From Bdellovibrionota bacterium (lineage in GTDB: Bacteria; Bdellovibrionota; UBA1018; UBA923): a stretch of 64,000 nt of DNA. A program made the position numbers and the translations under genes. The notes beneath the pieces are model-generated. The model was not told the DNA's origin, made no database searches, and saw nothing but the letters and a program-made list of their open reading frames with translations. Positions 19,539 to 29,464 of the stretch are shown here, piece after piece. Position 1 is the first letter of the stretch, and every line of letters begins with the position of its first letter. Location of the stretch: contig JBFMCE010000002.1 of NCBI GenBank assembly GCA_040754655.1, positions 9,436-73,435 on the forward strand. The letters are read 5' to 3'.

Positions 19539-19588
19539 GTCCTGTCGGTAGTACCTTGCCTCAGGCTGTTGCGCAAGTTACTAGGCGA

Positions 19589-19708
19589 TCATTCGATGCT
19601 TCGAATTCGGAATCCTTCTCGTTCGCTCATGCGAATAGACGGAGCTCCTACCGCAAAGCGCGGAAGCGTAGGTTTGCGTTCAGTTTCACAACGTTGGTTC
19701 ATCGCCAT
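19589..19708 (-). CDS. Putative 39-aa small protein
   Basis: GGGGGG RBS 6 nt before ATG 19708, downstream of a consensus sigma54 promoter; MAMNQRCETERKPTLPRFAVGAPSIRMSEREGFRIRSIE. Confidence 0.5.
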   Translation of the reverse strand: MAMNQRCETERKPTLPRFAVGAPSIRMSEREGFRIRSIE

Positions 19709-19754
19709 AGTTTTCCCCCCGGTAGCCACAGCACTAAGATGTGCGAGTGATATG

Positions 19755-19770
19755 AGCAAGCAGCGTGCCA
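19755..19770 (-). promoter_or_regulatory. sigma54 promoter, full consensus
   Basis: Minus strand TGGCACGCTGCTTGCT = TGGCACG-N4-TTGCW. Confidence 0.8.
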
Positions 19771-19862
19771 ATAGACCCTAAGCTTGAGTCATAAGTATTT
19801 TGTTGCGTTTCCTGAAAATGGCCCAGCAATTTTGCATGACCTCGTGTGCAAATTGCAGTGCT

Positions 19863-20594
19863 TCAAGGCCATTCCAGCTCTGCAAGCAATGCGGCATGGT
19901 CTGAAAGGTTCGCCCAGATATCGGAATGCAGGCAGCGCGCCGCGCGTATTTCAAAACCATGGTAATAAATTCGGTCTAAACGAAGAATCGGCATGCGCGC
20001 AGGAAATGTGCGTGCGTGCCTTTTGTGACGGCGGTGATAGGCTTCTTCCAGGCCCAGCTCCTTCTTGAAGAATTTTGAGAGCCGCAGAGCCCAGTCATTG
20101 AAATCACCGGCGACCACCAACCCGTGCCCGAAAGCGACCTTCTGCTTGATGCGTTCGCAGAGCAATGCCGCTTGCAATTGCCTGTCGCGTTCGAACAATC
20201 CGAAATGCACGCACAGCAAATGCATCTCGGGCCGAGACTCAAAAGGTTTGATCACGGCATGCAAAAGCCCTCGCCTCTCAAGAGAACTCGTAGACACGTC
20301 TTGGTTTTCCCAATGCAAGATCGGATATTTGCTTAAGATCGCATTGCCATGGTGGCCACCTTGGTAAACGGCGTTTTTCCCATACGCAAAATGCGGCCAG
20401 ATAGAGTCGGCCATGAATTCAAACTGCGGCTCCATCTCGCCCTGCTTCTCGCCCATGACCTCTTGAAGGAACACCACATCCGGCGAGACCGTACGAATGG
20501 CCTCTCGGATCTCGCTCAATACATAGGCGCGATTACGCACGGTAAAACCCTTGTGGATGTTGTAGGAAAGAATCCTCAAATATTTTGCGCTCAT
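19863..20594 (-). CDS. Endonuclease/exonuclease/phosphatase (YbhP-like)
   Basis: SYNIHKG, LQEV, YGKNAVY, GNAILS, GDFNDW, LDRIY, SDH; start 20594 overlaps the upstream stop (ATGA). Confidence 0.92.
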   Translation of the reverse strand: MSAKYLRILSYNIHKGFTVRNRAYVLSEIREAIRTVSPDVVFLQEVMGEKQGEMEPQFEFMADSIWPHFAYGKNAVYQGGHHGNAILSKYPILHWENQDVSTSSLERRGLLHAVIKPFESRPEMHLLCVHFGLFERDRQLQAALLCERIKQKVAFGHGLVVAGDFNDWALRLSKFFKKELGLEEAYHRRHKRHARTFPARMPILRLDRIYYHGFEIRAARCLHSDIWANLSDHAALLAELEWP

Positions 20595-22687
20595 CTCAAG
20601 CGAAACACTCCGACGCCGACAGTAGCAACAATGTAGAAAACAAAAAACCCGATGCCGCCATTGAAACCCAGGGTCTCCGATACTATCCCGCTCAAATAAG
20701 AAAGCCCGGCATACAACGACGACAACCATACTCCCGAGGCCAGAAACCACCGTACCGGAAAAGAAAACACTCCTTGATAACCGATCTTCGACTGAAAACC
20801 GATCCTGGGATCTGCCATCACCAAGAGCAGAAGCCAGAAATTTCTCAGCCCGAAAGTGCGGTGCAGCCTTTCAGAAGAAGCCTTGCGATAAAAAACCCGA
20901 GCCACGGTAGGAAAGATTCTGGCAAACGTATATCCGGCCAGGGCAGACGAAAAGAGCGCGAAAAAAGAAGTGAGTCCCCCTGCCCTCGGCCCGAATTGGA
21001 GACCCGCTGCAATCACCCCCAGGCCCACAGGCAACGGCACAAGCCAGCTGGCGCTTAAGAACAAGATATAGAGCACGGCCCAGGCGAGGGGCTGGGGCTG
21101 AAAGGTAGGGCCAAGGGCTTTCATGGCTGAACCCAGCGCCACGAACGCCAAACCATGGGTAAACAATAGCGCACCCCAAGTCAGAAACGGAAGCGCTCGC
21201 CTCATCCTCTTGCTGCGCTCAACAGAAAGACGCGCCTTCAAGAAAAAAGCCCATGGAACATTGGGATCAAAGAGCCTGCCTATCGGCAGATGCTTGGCGA
21301 GCCATGCCTCAAAGGTGCGGAAATAAGGCAACCAAGCCTCGCGAAAGTGCTTCAGATAGACATGAGGTTCGGTTCGAAACTCGCGCACATGAATGGTCTC
21401 TTCCGGATAGAACAGGCTGAACGTCTTTTGCCCCCAATGCGCGACGATGCGTTTGGCAAGGCGGGCGATGCGCAAGCGCGTCTCTTCAGTTTCGCCCACT
21501 AAAGTGAGGTTGAGCTCAGTGTCGAGCCGAAACGCGCGGTTATTGAGGTTGGCAGAGCCTATCGCCATGTAGCGGTCATCAACGATCGCGACCTTTGAGT
21601 GCACGTAAATGCTCTTCTCATCAGAGAGGTCCGGAGCCAGAGCATACGGGCATCCCGCGACAAACAACGTCCGCGTTTCTTTTGCGACCTTCTCAAGGCG
21701 TTCTAAAAGCGCTGTCTGTAAAACTCCCATCATTCGAAATGCCGTCGACCCATTGAGTGGCGCCGGAACGACAAGTAGAATTTTCAAGCCCGTTCCCGCC
21801 CGCGCTCGCATCAAAGTTGAAAGTTCATCATTGATTTGCGGCGACCAGTAGTACTGGTTCTCAATCACCAACTGGTGGCGCACCGACCGGATAAGGTCGT
21901 GGATGAGAAACTCGCTTTCCCTCACCAAGAGCGGACGACGCAAATCGACCGAAGCCCGGGTTCGGCTGATCAACAGCCGGTATTTTCCCGCTCCTTCCAA
22001 ACGCGCCATCCGCGGCCGTTCGGGAAACGGAATCGAACTGATCGCTCGCCAACGCGCTCCGATGTACTCAACCAGGTCTACGGCCACCTCTCCCCGCACT
22101 TCAACCGTCATGTCGTGGTAAGGGCGATGTTCTTCTTTTTCGTGATCCAGCGAACGCCTGCTATCGGAATAGAAATGTTGGGGAGAATCCCAACGGTCAT
22201 CGCAGATATCGACCCCGCCCACAAAGGCGGTTTCACCATCAATGATGACGAATTTTTCATGATGCGATCCTCCGAGCGGGTGCCGGTTATCAAAGACGAA
22301 ATGCAGGCGCTCGTGCAGCCCCTCCCAAACCCAGCTTTGCAGGATCTCGCGTTCGAAGACATAAAAATACGCATAGTCCCAGACGAGAAAGTAGATGTGG
22401 AAGTCAGGCTTTTCGGCGCACAAACGCACGAGAAATTCCCTAAAGCTCTCATGACGCGACGTCGAAAGCTCGATGCGCGAATCGAGCTGCCACCCTACGA
22501 AAATCGCATAAGAATAGGCCTTGCCCAAACACTCTTGAAGACGCTCATAATAAGGGCCGGCTTCCCAAATCGGCTCCCAGACCTCACTCGTCGTTTGACG
22601 ATAGTAGGCGCGCTGAGAGAGTTCTTCTTTCCAGTGAAGTGGTCCGGGCTTCTCTGTCTTTGCCCGCAACGCGCTTTGAAATTTCAT
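20591..22687 (-). CDS. Phospholipase D family protein with C-terminal membrane (VTT/DedA-like) domain
   Basis: Two HKD motifs HHEKFVIIDG and VHSKVAIVDD...GSANLN; hydrophobic C-terminus. Confidence 0.88.
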   Translation of the reverse strand: MKFQSALRAKTEKPGPLHWKEELSQRAYYRQTTSEVWEPIWEAGPYYERLQECLGKAYSYAIFVGWQLDSRIELSTSRHESFREFLVRLCAEKPDFHIYFLVWDYAYFYVFEREILQSWVWEGLHERLHFVFDNRHPLGGSHHEKFVIIDGETAFVGGVDICDDRWDSPQHFYSDSRRSLDHEKEEHRPYHDMTVEVRGEVAVDLVEYIGARWRAISSIPFPERPRMARLEGAGKYRLLISRTRASVDLRRPLLVRESEFLIHDLIRSVRHQLVIENQYYWSPQINDELSTLMRARAGTGLKILLVVPAPLNGSTAFRMMGVLQTALLERLEKVAKETRTLFVAGCPYALAPDLSDEKSIYVHSKVAIVDDRYMAIGSANLNNRAFRLDTELNLTLVGETEETRLRIARLAKRIVAHWGQKTFSLFYPEETIHVREFRTEPHVYLKHFREAWLPYFRTFEAWLAKHLPIGRLFDPNVPWAFFLKARLSVERSKRMRRALPFLTWGALLFTHGLAFVALGSAMKALGPTFQPQPLAWAVLYILFLSASWLVPLPVGLGVIAAGLQFGPRAGGLTSFFALFSSALAGYTFARIFPTVARVFYRKASSERLHRTFGLRNFWLLLLVMADPRIGFQSKIGYQGVFSFPVRWFLASGVWLSSLYAGLSYLSGIVSETLGFNGGIGFFVFYIVATVGVGVFRLR

Positions 22688-22702
22688 AGCCGCAAAGGGG
22701 GC

Positions 22703-22733
22703 TGCAAGTCATAGACCAGGCGCGCTTTGTGCA
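22703..22733. promoter_or_regulatory. Back-to-back sigma54-type motifs
   Basis: Minus TGGTCTATGACTTGCA (22703-22718); plus AGGCGCGCTTTGTGCA (22718-22733). Confidence 0.45.
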
Positions 22734-22746
22734 TGACTTTGGTCGC

Positions 22747-23247
22747 ATGAATGCTCAACCAAAACCGCAACAACACCTCTCGGCGCTAGACTTTGTATTC
22801 AGCCAACATGATCAGCTTAATCTTGAACTCAAACTTCTTCTTAAACTGACCGCATTATGCGGCAGGCCAAGTGAAAACCGAGATCAAATCGAAGCAGAGT
22901 GGAATGAGATGAGAAAACTTGTGGCGAGGGTGCATCACTATGTAAACGGGTTGTTACCAGACCATCAGCGGTTTGAGGAAAAAAAGATCTTCGAGGTGGC
23001 ACGACCAAGGCTGTCAACCCACGAGCAACGCCAAATGGAAGAATTGATCCAAGAACACCGCAGCATGGAACCTCTCATTGAGCGTCTTTCAGGCTCACTG
23101 AAACAATGGATGAATTTCGCCCAAGCTCCTTCGAGCGAAGAACTTTTGCGATTCAATTGGCTCGCAGATGAATTTCGTTTTCACGTCGAGGGCCACGAGA
23201 AAAAAGAAGAGGCGGTGCTCTCATTGCTTGGAACCGCTATAGGCTAG
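22747..23247 (+). CDS. Hemerythrin/HHE-domain protein
   Basis: QH, H...EE.IF, EH, H...EE pattern; ATG 22747 (alternative GTG 22729). Confidence 0.75.
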   Translation: MNAQPKPQQHLSALDFVFSQHDQLNLELKLLLKLTALCGRPSENRDQIEAEWNEMRKLVARVHHYVNGLLPDHQRFEEKKIFEVARPRLSTHEQRQMEELIQEHRSMEPLIERLSGSLKQWMNFAQAPSSEELLRFNWLADEFRFHVEGHEKKEEAVLSLLGTAIG

Positions 23248-23257
23248 CGTTTCGCAT

Positions 23258-25117
23258 TCAAGTGTTTCGCACGACCGAGCGGCGATTGCCTTCAAGGATC
23301 TTTTTCCGGATGCGAACGCTCTCAGGCGTCACTTCAACCCACTCGTCCTCATCGATCCACTCTAAGCATTCTTCGAGCGACATATTGCGAACACCGCGTA
23401 GAGTAACCAAAACCTCCGCGTGAGCGGCGCGAATATTCGTGAGCTTCTTCTCCCGGCAAGGATTGACGTTGAGATCGTTGTCACGGTTGTTTTCGCCAAT
23501 GACCATTCCTTCGTATACAGGGGCGCCCGGTTTCACGAAAAGAATGCCCCGGTCCTCGAGTCCTAGCAGACCATACTCAACAGCCTCGCCTGTTCTATCG
23601 CTCACAAGAGCGCCATTCACGCGATGCACGAGCGTGCCGCGCCACGGGCGATAATCCTCGAACTGAGTATTGAAGATGCCTTCACCACGAGTTTCCGTAA
23701 GATAGCGTGAGCGGATTCCAATCAGTCCACGAGTGGGGATGACGAATTCAAGCCGAACCCTGCCCTCATGCTCTGTTTTGTATTCGAGCAATTGGCCCTT
23801 GCGGGTTTGAAAGAGGTCTGTCACCGCTCCAACGTAGGTTTGAGGAAGGTCAAGGATAGCCCGCTCATGAGGTTCTTGCTTTTGGCCATCGATCTCTTGA
23901 ACAACGACCATGGGTTTTCCGACCATGAACTCGTAACCCTCTCGCCGCATCTGTTCGATCAAGATGGCAAGCTGCAACTCGCCTCTGCCCAAAACCCTGA
24001 ACTGCTCTGAACTCTCGGTCGGCTCCATGCGAAGCGCGACATTTCCGCGGGTTTCTCGTTCAAGCCGTTCTTTGAGTTTTCGCGACTGGATCGGTTCGCC
24101 TTCTTTTCCTGAAAGCGGCGAGGTGTTCACTGAGAACACCATGCTGATCGTCGGTGGATCGACTTTGATCCGAGGCAAAGCCACGGGTTGCGTGCCTGGT
24201 TCCGGTAAAGTTACCAGGGTGTCGCCAATTTCTACCGACTCATTGCCTGCGAAAACCCCGATGTCGCCCGCGACAAGCTCCGCGACTTCGATCTGTTTGA
24301 GGCCTTCGAAAGTATAAAGGGCCGACAGATTGAAAGTCTCTGTCTTTCCATTGTCACCCAGACGCATCAGGCGCGCGCCTTTTTTGACCCGTCCCTGCGT
24401 AACGCGCCCGATGGAAAGGCGTCCCACGTATTCGCTGTACGAGAGATTGCTCACCAAGACTTGAAATGGGCGATCGAGATCGCGCTTTGGCGGGGAAACA
24501 TCGCGCAGGATCACGTCGAATAAAGGACGAAGGCCAGCCCCCTTCGTTTTTCCCGCAAGCAACTCTTCAAGATCGTCGTGATTCTCGGTGCACCACCCCT
24601 GGCGAGCACAGGCATAGACGATCGGAAAATCTGCTTGGCGTTCATCCGCGCCAAGATCCATGAATAAATCGAAGGTCGCATTGACGACATGGTCTACCCT
24701 GGCGTCAGGACGATCGACCTTGTTTACGACCAGAATGATGCGCAACCCCTGCTTCAGCGCCTTTGAGAGCACAAACCTTGTTTGAGGAAGGGGTCCTTCC
24801 GCGGCATCCACGAGCAGAAGCGCCCCGTCGACCATGCCCATGATGCGCTCTACCTCGCCTCCGAAGTCGGCGTGGCCAGGCGTATCGACGATGTTGATCT
24901 TGGTATCGCCCACCCGGACCGAGGTGTTTTTCGCCAAGATGGTGATTCCGCGCTCGCGCTCAAGGTCCATCGAATCCATGACGCGCTCGACAAGCGCCTC
25001 GTGGCTTGCGAAAGCCCCAGACTGCCTGAGCAAGCCGTCAACTAAAGTTGTTTTACCATGATCGACGTGAGCGATGATGGCGACGTTCCGTATATCTTTA
25101 AATGGTATTTGTGACAC
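23258..25117 (-). CDS. typA: Translational GTPase TypA/BipA
   Basis: RNVAIIAHVDHGKTT, ERGITILAK, DTPGHADFGGEVER, GRGELQL, KKLTN.RA. Confidence 0.97.
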   Translation of the reverse strand: MSQIPFKDIRNVAIIAHVDHGKTTLVDGLLRQSGAFASHEALVERVMDSMDLERERGITILAKNTSVRVGDTKINIVDTPGHADFGGEVERIMGMVDGALLLVDAAEGPLPQTRFVLSKALKQGLRIILVVNKVDRPDARVDHVVNATFDLFMDLGADERQADFPIVYACARQGWCTENHDDLEELLAGKTKGAGLRPLFDVILRDVSPPKRDLDRPFQVLVSNLSYSEYVGRLSIGRVTQGRVKKGARLMRLGDNGKTETFNLSALYTFEGLKQIEVAELVAGDIGVFAGNESVEIGDTLVTLPEPGTQPVALPRIKVDPPTISMVFSVNTSPLSGKEGEPIQSRKLKERLERETRGNVALRMEPTESSEQFRVLGRGELQLAILIEQMRREGYEFMVGKPMVVVQEIDGQKQEPHERAILDLPQTYVGAVTDLFQTRKGQLLEYKTEHEGRVRLEFVIPTRGLIGIRSRYLTETRGEGIFNTQFEDYRPWRGTLVHRVNGALVSDRTGEAVEYGLLGLEDRGILFVKPGAPVYEGMVIGENNRDNDLNVNPCREKKLTNIRAAHAEVLVTLRGVRNMSLEECLEWIDEDEWVEVTPESVRIRKKILEGNRRSVVRNT

Positions 25118-25356
25118 GAAGCCAATCTACGCGGCGTGGGCGCCGTATGCAAGCGTAAGTAAGGTCAAGATCCATTAACAAGCAGTATTAGCCAAGATAA
25201 ATCCGCGCTTTGCTTTTAAAGAAGGCCAGGAAAAGCCAGATTGCATTGTCGCTCTAGAGAGGGGCACCACAATCCTAAAGAGAGGGTTTAGAGGGGTTTG
25301 CGCCAAACCAAGGTTCAATTTCAGTTATTCCTTTCGAGAAGCCGAGGAATTATCCG

Positions 25357-25385
25357 TTGACGCAAGCGATAAGGTTCATTATAAA
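25357..25385 (+). promoter_or_regulatory. Probable sigma70 promoter of tRNA-Glu
   Basis: TTGACG-N17-TATAAA. Confidence 0.5.
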
Positions 25386-25428
25386 CAGCGATCTCTAGCA
25401 TTTATTGCCGTTTGTTGACCCAATCGAC

Positions 25429-25504
25429 GTCCCCATCGTCTAGAGGCCTAGGACATCGCCCTTTCACGGCGGTAACCGGGGTTCGAATCCCCGTGGGGAC
25501 GCCA
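25429..25504 (+). tRNA. tRNA-Glu (anticodon TTC)
   Basis: GTCCCCATCGTCTAGAGGCCTAGGACATCGCCCTTTCACGGCGGTAACCGGGGTTCGAATCCCCGTGGGGACGCCA; cloverleaf with encoded CCA. Confidence 0.97.
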
Positions 25505-25548
25505 AATAAAAAAAGCCCGCCACCTGCGGTGACGGGCTTTTTTTATTT
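25504..25548 (+). terminator. Intrinsic terminator after the tRNA
   Basis: A7-GCCCGCCACC-TGC-GGTGACGGGC-T7. Confidence 0.85.
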
Positions 25549-25644
25549 GATGTACTCATGTGGAGATGAGAACGCCGCGTAGCCGAAGGGGCGAGCACGC
25601 GAAGTGCGAGCCAATCCCCGTAAATGTTAGGTCAATAGCCGTGT

Positions 25645-25869
25645 ATGGTTGAGCGTAAATCTCAAACACCAGAAGAACTTGAAGCCCAACTCTTCGGAAT
25701 CGATCTCAGCCTCATCGATCATAATTTAAATTTAACGATCGACAAACGTCTTGAACAACACCAAGGCGCTCTAGAATTAGTCTTAGATTTACAAGAAGCA
25801 AAAAAACGTTTCGACAAAGAACAAGAAGACAATGAAAGATCTAAACTCTCTTCTAAAAATTCTAACTGA
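25645..25869 (+). CDS. Small protein, putative antitoxin/partner of the downstream nucleotidyltransferase
   Basis: GIDLSLIDHNLNLT...RL motif; overlaps the NTase start; AT-rich. Confidence 0.6.
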   Translation: MVERKSQTPEELEAQLFGIDLSLIDHNLNLTIDKRLEQHQGALELVLDLQEAKKRFDKEQEDNERSKLSSKNSN

Positions 25870-26311
25870 TTCAGGCATCGATTTTGTACTAGTCGGCGGT
25901 TACGCCGCCACAGTGTACGGCTCAGCACTTATCACTCAAGATCTCGACATTTGTGCAGTGATCACCAAAGAAAACGTCGATAAGCTTCGTACCTGTTTAA
26001 GAAACTATCATCCGACCCATCGAATGATCCCTAATCGAATTTCTTTTTTAACGCACCCATCAGATGTTACAGGATGGAATAATCTATATTTAGAAACAGA
26101 CTTGGGAACAGTCGACGTACTTAATCAAATTACTGGTGTTGGCGACTATGAAAAAGTCGCGAAGAACGCAATTGAACTCAAGATCTTTGGGCAAAAATGC
26201 AAAGTAATCTCAATCGATGACCTTATTCTCGCCAAGCAAGCGATGGGTCGTCCTAAAGATTTACACACCATCAAAGAACTCGAAGTCATTCGGGCTAAAA
26301 CAAAAAAATGA
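25832..26311 (+). CDS. Nucleotidyltransferase (pol-beta superfamily), putative toxin-type
   Basis: FVLVGGYA...G....TQDLD, DVL, DLILAK..MGRPKD. Confidence 0.8.
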   Translation: MKDLNSLLKILTDSGIDFVLVGGYAATVYGSALITQDLDICAVITKENVDKLRTCLRNYHPTHRMIPNRISFLTHPSDVTGWNNLYLETDLGTVDVLNQITGVGDYEKVAKNAIELKIFGQKCKVISIDDLILAKQAMGRPKDLHTIKELEVIRAKTKK

Positions 26312-26581
26312 CCGCTATCGTCGTCTTTATTTCTACAAGCCCGATTGTTAGCATTGGCTAACGATCCAATTTCGCATGCAAATGCTTGTTTTCAGGGGTG
26401 CACTACAGTATCGACTGAAAAGGATGTTCTCCGCTTGAATTCATCTTCAATAATTGGATAAATAATTTTAGAAAATGCGCTAATCCAATAGATAGCGGTT
26501 ATTGCGAACCCCTTCATTGGATTTGACAGATTCAGATTTACATTAAACTTACTTGTAGCTAGGGTCGTCTTCGGGGGTTTT

Positions 26582-28063
26582 ATGCCAAAACTGCCATTTT
26601 CATTAAGAGCGATTACAATACTGACAACATCATTCTTCGCAGCGCAAGCCGCCGATGCTTCTTCGATTGTCTTTAAATGCACGGTAAAGAACCAAGACGG
26701 CGTGATTTTCCTCGAGGACCACAGCTTTGCAGCACCTTCCAATAAACTTCATTTTGAAATTGAAGAAAAATCTTACGCCCTCACCCTACACCAGCCAGCA
26801 CCAAATACTCCTACGACTCCATTTAAGATGGAAATCCAAGCGGCGACGGTAGAGCACGGAGAAGGCGTAGACGCTCATGCGGCTGACCGTGACGTTTATC
26901 GCATCACCCGGGATGCATCGCAGAAGCCGCTGCTTGAAGCCACAATCATAAAAGAAGCGCTCACCGAAGACGGAATCTTTGGCAGTTTTTTCTTGAAGAG
27001 CGGCTTGTTTAAGAAAAACCGCTCTATACATGCCTCGTGCAAACCCCTTGGTTTTGGCAAAAAAGCGCAGAATGACAAAGCGCTAGACGTATTGAAAAAA
27101 GGCAATGGCGGCAACCTTGCCGAGCTCATCGAGGTTCTAAAAGAAGCTAGCCCCATTCATGAAATCTTCGATGAAGACGGACGTCCTCTGCTTCATCTTG
27201 CGGCTGAAAAAGAAGGCGCGGCGGTGTTTTCTTTTTTAACGAAGGTGATGACCCAGCAACCCGCTAGACTAGAAGTTCCTAGCCCAATGGGAGGCGATGC
27301 ACTTTATCTTATTGCGGCCTTGAAGGAACCTTACCAAAAAGAAATATACAAGGCTGACCTGCTTATGGATGAGGGAGCGAGAGCGAACCGTATTCAGAAA
27401 ATCAGGCTTCCAAGTGGCAACTTTTACTATCAAAGCGCTCTTGAACGAGCCAAAGAGATCCACCCTAAACTAGCTGGCAGTATGGAATGGAGAATTGAAA
27501 ACCGCTCAACTCATCCGAGCCCTCCAGATCGACTCCATAAACAAAAAGGAGAGCTCAATTGTGGAAATGAACCCATTGCGGCTGAGACCAATCCTGACCT
27601 TACAGGCGTTTGGAGCGGAGAAGGGCGATGTGAGTGTGCGAGTGATGGCCTACCTAAGCCTGCGCCACGTGGCATGCGATGTGGCATTAGGCTTGAGCTC
27701 TTCAGCACAGGCTCGGAATTCAGCATCGTTGAAGCCGGAGTTTTTGGTAGCGGCCTAGGGGTCTTTCAACCCGGTGTATCGACCATCAAAGCAGGCAATC
27801 GTTTGGTACCGGTTGGTTATCAAATCCCCCAATCTTTCGGAGAAATGTCTAAGCGCTGGATTTATGATTCGTGCTTCAACTCAAATTCGGTGAAATTGAA
27901 GTTTGAACGCTTGACTGAAAACCCAGTTCACCCTGACCTTTTTCAAGTGATGGAATTTCGTCTGAGCGACGACAAACAGTCGCTTCACTTCGAAGTCAGT
28001 CATGGAATTTATTCCTCAAGTTGTTGGGTAGCGGGCACGCTGTCGAAAAAGACTTCAGACTGA
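26582..28063 (+). CDS. Secreted hypothetical protein with degenerate ankyrin-like repeats
   Basis: Signal peptide; DEDGRPLLHLAA and GGDALYL..A...LL.DEGA; Cys-rich C-terminal region. Confidence 0.55.
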   Translation: MPKLPFSLRAITILTTSFFAAQAADASSIVFKCTVKNQDGVIFLEDHSFAAPSNKLHFEIEEKSYALTLHQPAPNTPTTPFKMEIQAATVEHGEGVDAHAADRDVYRITRDASQKPLLEATIIKEALTEDGIFGSFFLKSGLFKKNRSIHASCKPLGFGKKAQNDKALDVLKKGNGGNLAELIEVLKEASPIHEIFDEDGRPLLHLAAEKEGAAVFSFLTKVMTQQPARLEVPSPMGGDALYLIAALKEPYQKEIYKADLLMDEGARANRIQKIRLPSGNFYYQSALERAKEIHPKLAGSMEWRIENRSTHPSPPDRLHKQKGELNCGNEPIAAETNPDLTGVWSGEGRCECASDGLPKPAPRGMRCGIRLELFSTGSEFSIVEAGVFGSGLGVFQPGVSTIKAGNRLVPVGYQIPQSFGEMSKRWIYDSCFNSNSVKLKFERLTENPVHPDLFQVMEFRLSDDKQSLHFEVSHGIYSSSCWVAGTLSKKTSD

Positions 28064-28069
28064 AGATCG

Positions 28070-29464
28070 TTAAGGAGTCCAAATCCAACGAATCTTTTCG
28101 CCTGAAAGATCTTGCACTCCAATACCCCAGACTGCCGGAGCGCTTGGAGCGGGGCCCTTAGCCCCATCATTGGTCGAGCCGAGCACGATCATCTTGCGAA
28201 GCCCTATAATATCGCTCCCATTATTTTCAGATGCGTACTCGAGCACATGAAGTTCCCACTCACGAATGGCGTTGATTTTCTCACGGGTGTAACCCGCGAG
28301 TTTGGCGTTGGGGAGAAGTGCAGGAATTTCTTGACCGTAAAGCGTTCCTCCGCTCGAGAGCGCTCTAGCGATTTCATCAAAAAAGTGCTGATTGTTTTCT
28401 GATACACCCATTCCCTGGACTCCATGGACGGCGTCCTTCAACTGGGTAATCTCTGGTTTGACTGCGCCGCTTGAGAAAAGGTCGCGCACTTGTTGACCAA
28501 ACTCTGAAGAATAAGCAAAGGCGGGTTCTGCGGTCATAATTTCTTTATTGTGCACAGAAGGGTTGATGTCTTCGATGACAGCGCGCAGATGTTTTTTCAA
28601 GTAAGGGACCTTTGGCGCCTCGATTCCCGGAAAAACGTTCGAATAAATGAGGCGTTTGTCTTTCCAAATAGCGAGCGACGGATCCGCATCGAGCACGTTG
28701 TTCGCATAAGCTTCGTTAGCGGTTTGAATGACGATGCCAATGATTTCGTACGATGGCAACCCGCCTCCTTCGATGCGAAGAACCGTGCGCTTCAAAGAGC
28801 GTCCTTCGGCCTCGCCCAATCCCATGAAGTCCTCTATGACTTTTTCACGCAAGCTTGAGCTCGAAATACAACCCCAACCACGACAAAGGGTTGGTATCTC
28901 GGGCTGATCCAAGAACCTGTCTTTTCCGAGCCAGGTGGAACTGCCGAGATGCCAAGTGAGGAGGCCAAGCACGCGTGGTGAATACAACACCATCGCATTG
29001 AGATTCACGTTGGGTTCTACCCTACGACGATTTGCAGAAGCATGGTTGTGCGAGGGAAGACTATCGATCTTCGCATCGTCGCGAAAAAGGATGTTCAGGC
29101 CGCCAAGCTCCGTCGCAATGGGTCTGCCGATACTGTGATGATTTACAAGATTCAAAATGGCGGTACGGGCCGTTCGAGGAGTTTCAGATTGAAAGTCTGG
29201 AAGATACCGCGCATTTAAGAGTTGAGGAAGCTTCGCGATCGGCACGACCATGTAAAAGTACGGAAGCCCTGACGCAACAGCGAGGTCGCCCAACTCTTCA
29301 CGTTCTCGAGCTACCTCGAAACCACCGTACGGATCAAAACCCGCAGTTTGCGCAAGAAGCTTCTCACAAAGTAAACCACTCTTCTTTTGACCAGCGCCGT
29401 GAGTTATTACAGAAGTCAAAATCAGCCCTAAAACAACAAGTAGTTGAGCGACAAATTTGTTCAT
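28070..29464 (-). CDS. Secreted hypothetical protein
   Basis: 464-aa ORF, signal peptide followed by LLCEKLL. Confidence 0.6.
   Translation of the reverse strand: MNKFVAQLLVVLGLILTSVITHGAGQKKSGLLCEKLLAQTAGFDPYGGFEVAREREELGDLAVASGLPYFYMVVPIAKLPQLLNARYLPDFQSETPRTARTAILNLVNHHSIGRPIATELGGLNILFRDDAKIDSLPSHNHASANRRRVEPNVNLNAMVLYSPRVLGLLTWHLGSSTWLGKDRFLDQPEIPTLCRGWGCISSSSLREKVIEDFMGLGEAEGRSLKRTVLRIEGGGLPSYEIIGIVIQTANEAYANNVLDADPSLAIWKDKRLIYSNVFPGIEAPKVPYLKKHLRAVIEDINPSVHNKEIMTAEPAFAYSSEFGQQVRDLFSSGAVKPEITQLKDAVHGVQGMGVSENNQHFFDEIARALSSGGTLYGQEIPALLPNAKLAGYTREKINAIREWELHVLEYASENNGSDIIGLRKMIVLGSTNDGAKGPAPSAPAVWGIGVQDLSGEKIRWIWTP

Noticed and set aside
20595..20750. N-terminal extension of the EEP ORF (and similar extensions at 5640-5729, 6750-6896, 35143-35247, 38965-39099, 45434-45544)
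   Set aside because: These overlap neighbouring genes or promoters; downstream starts fit RBS or coupling signals and family N-termini better.
21836..22714. 292-aa antisense ORF
   Set aside because: Shadow of the phospholipase D gene.
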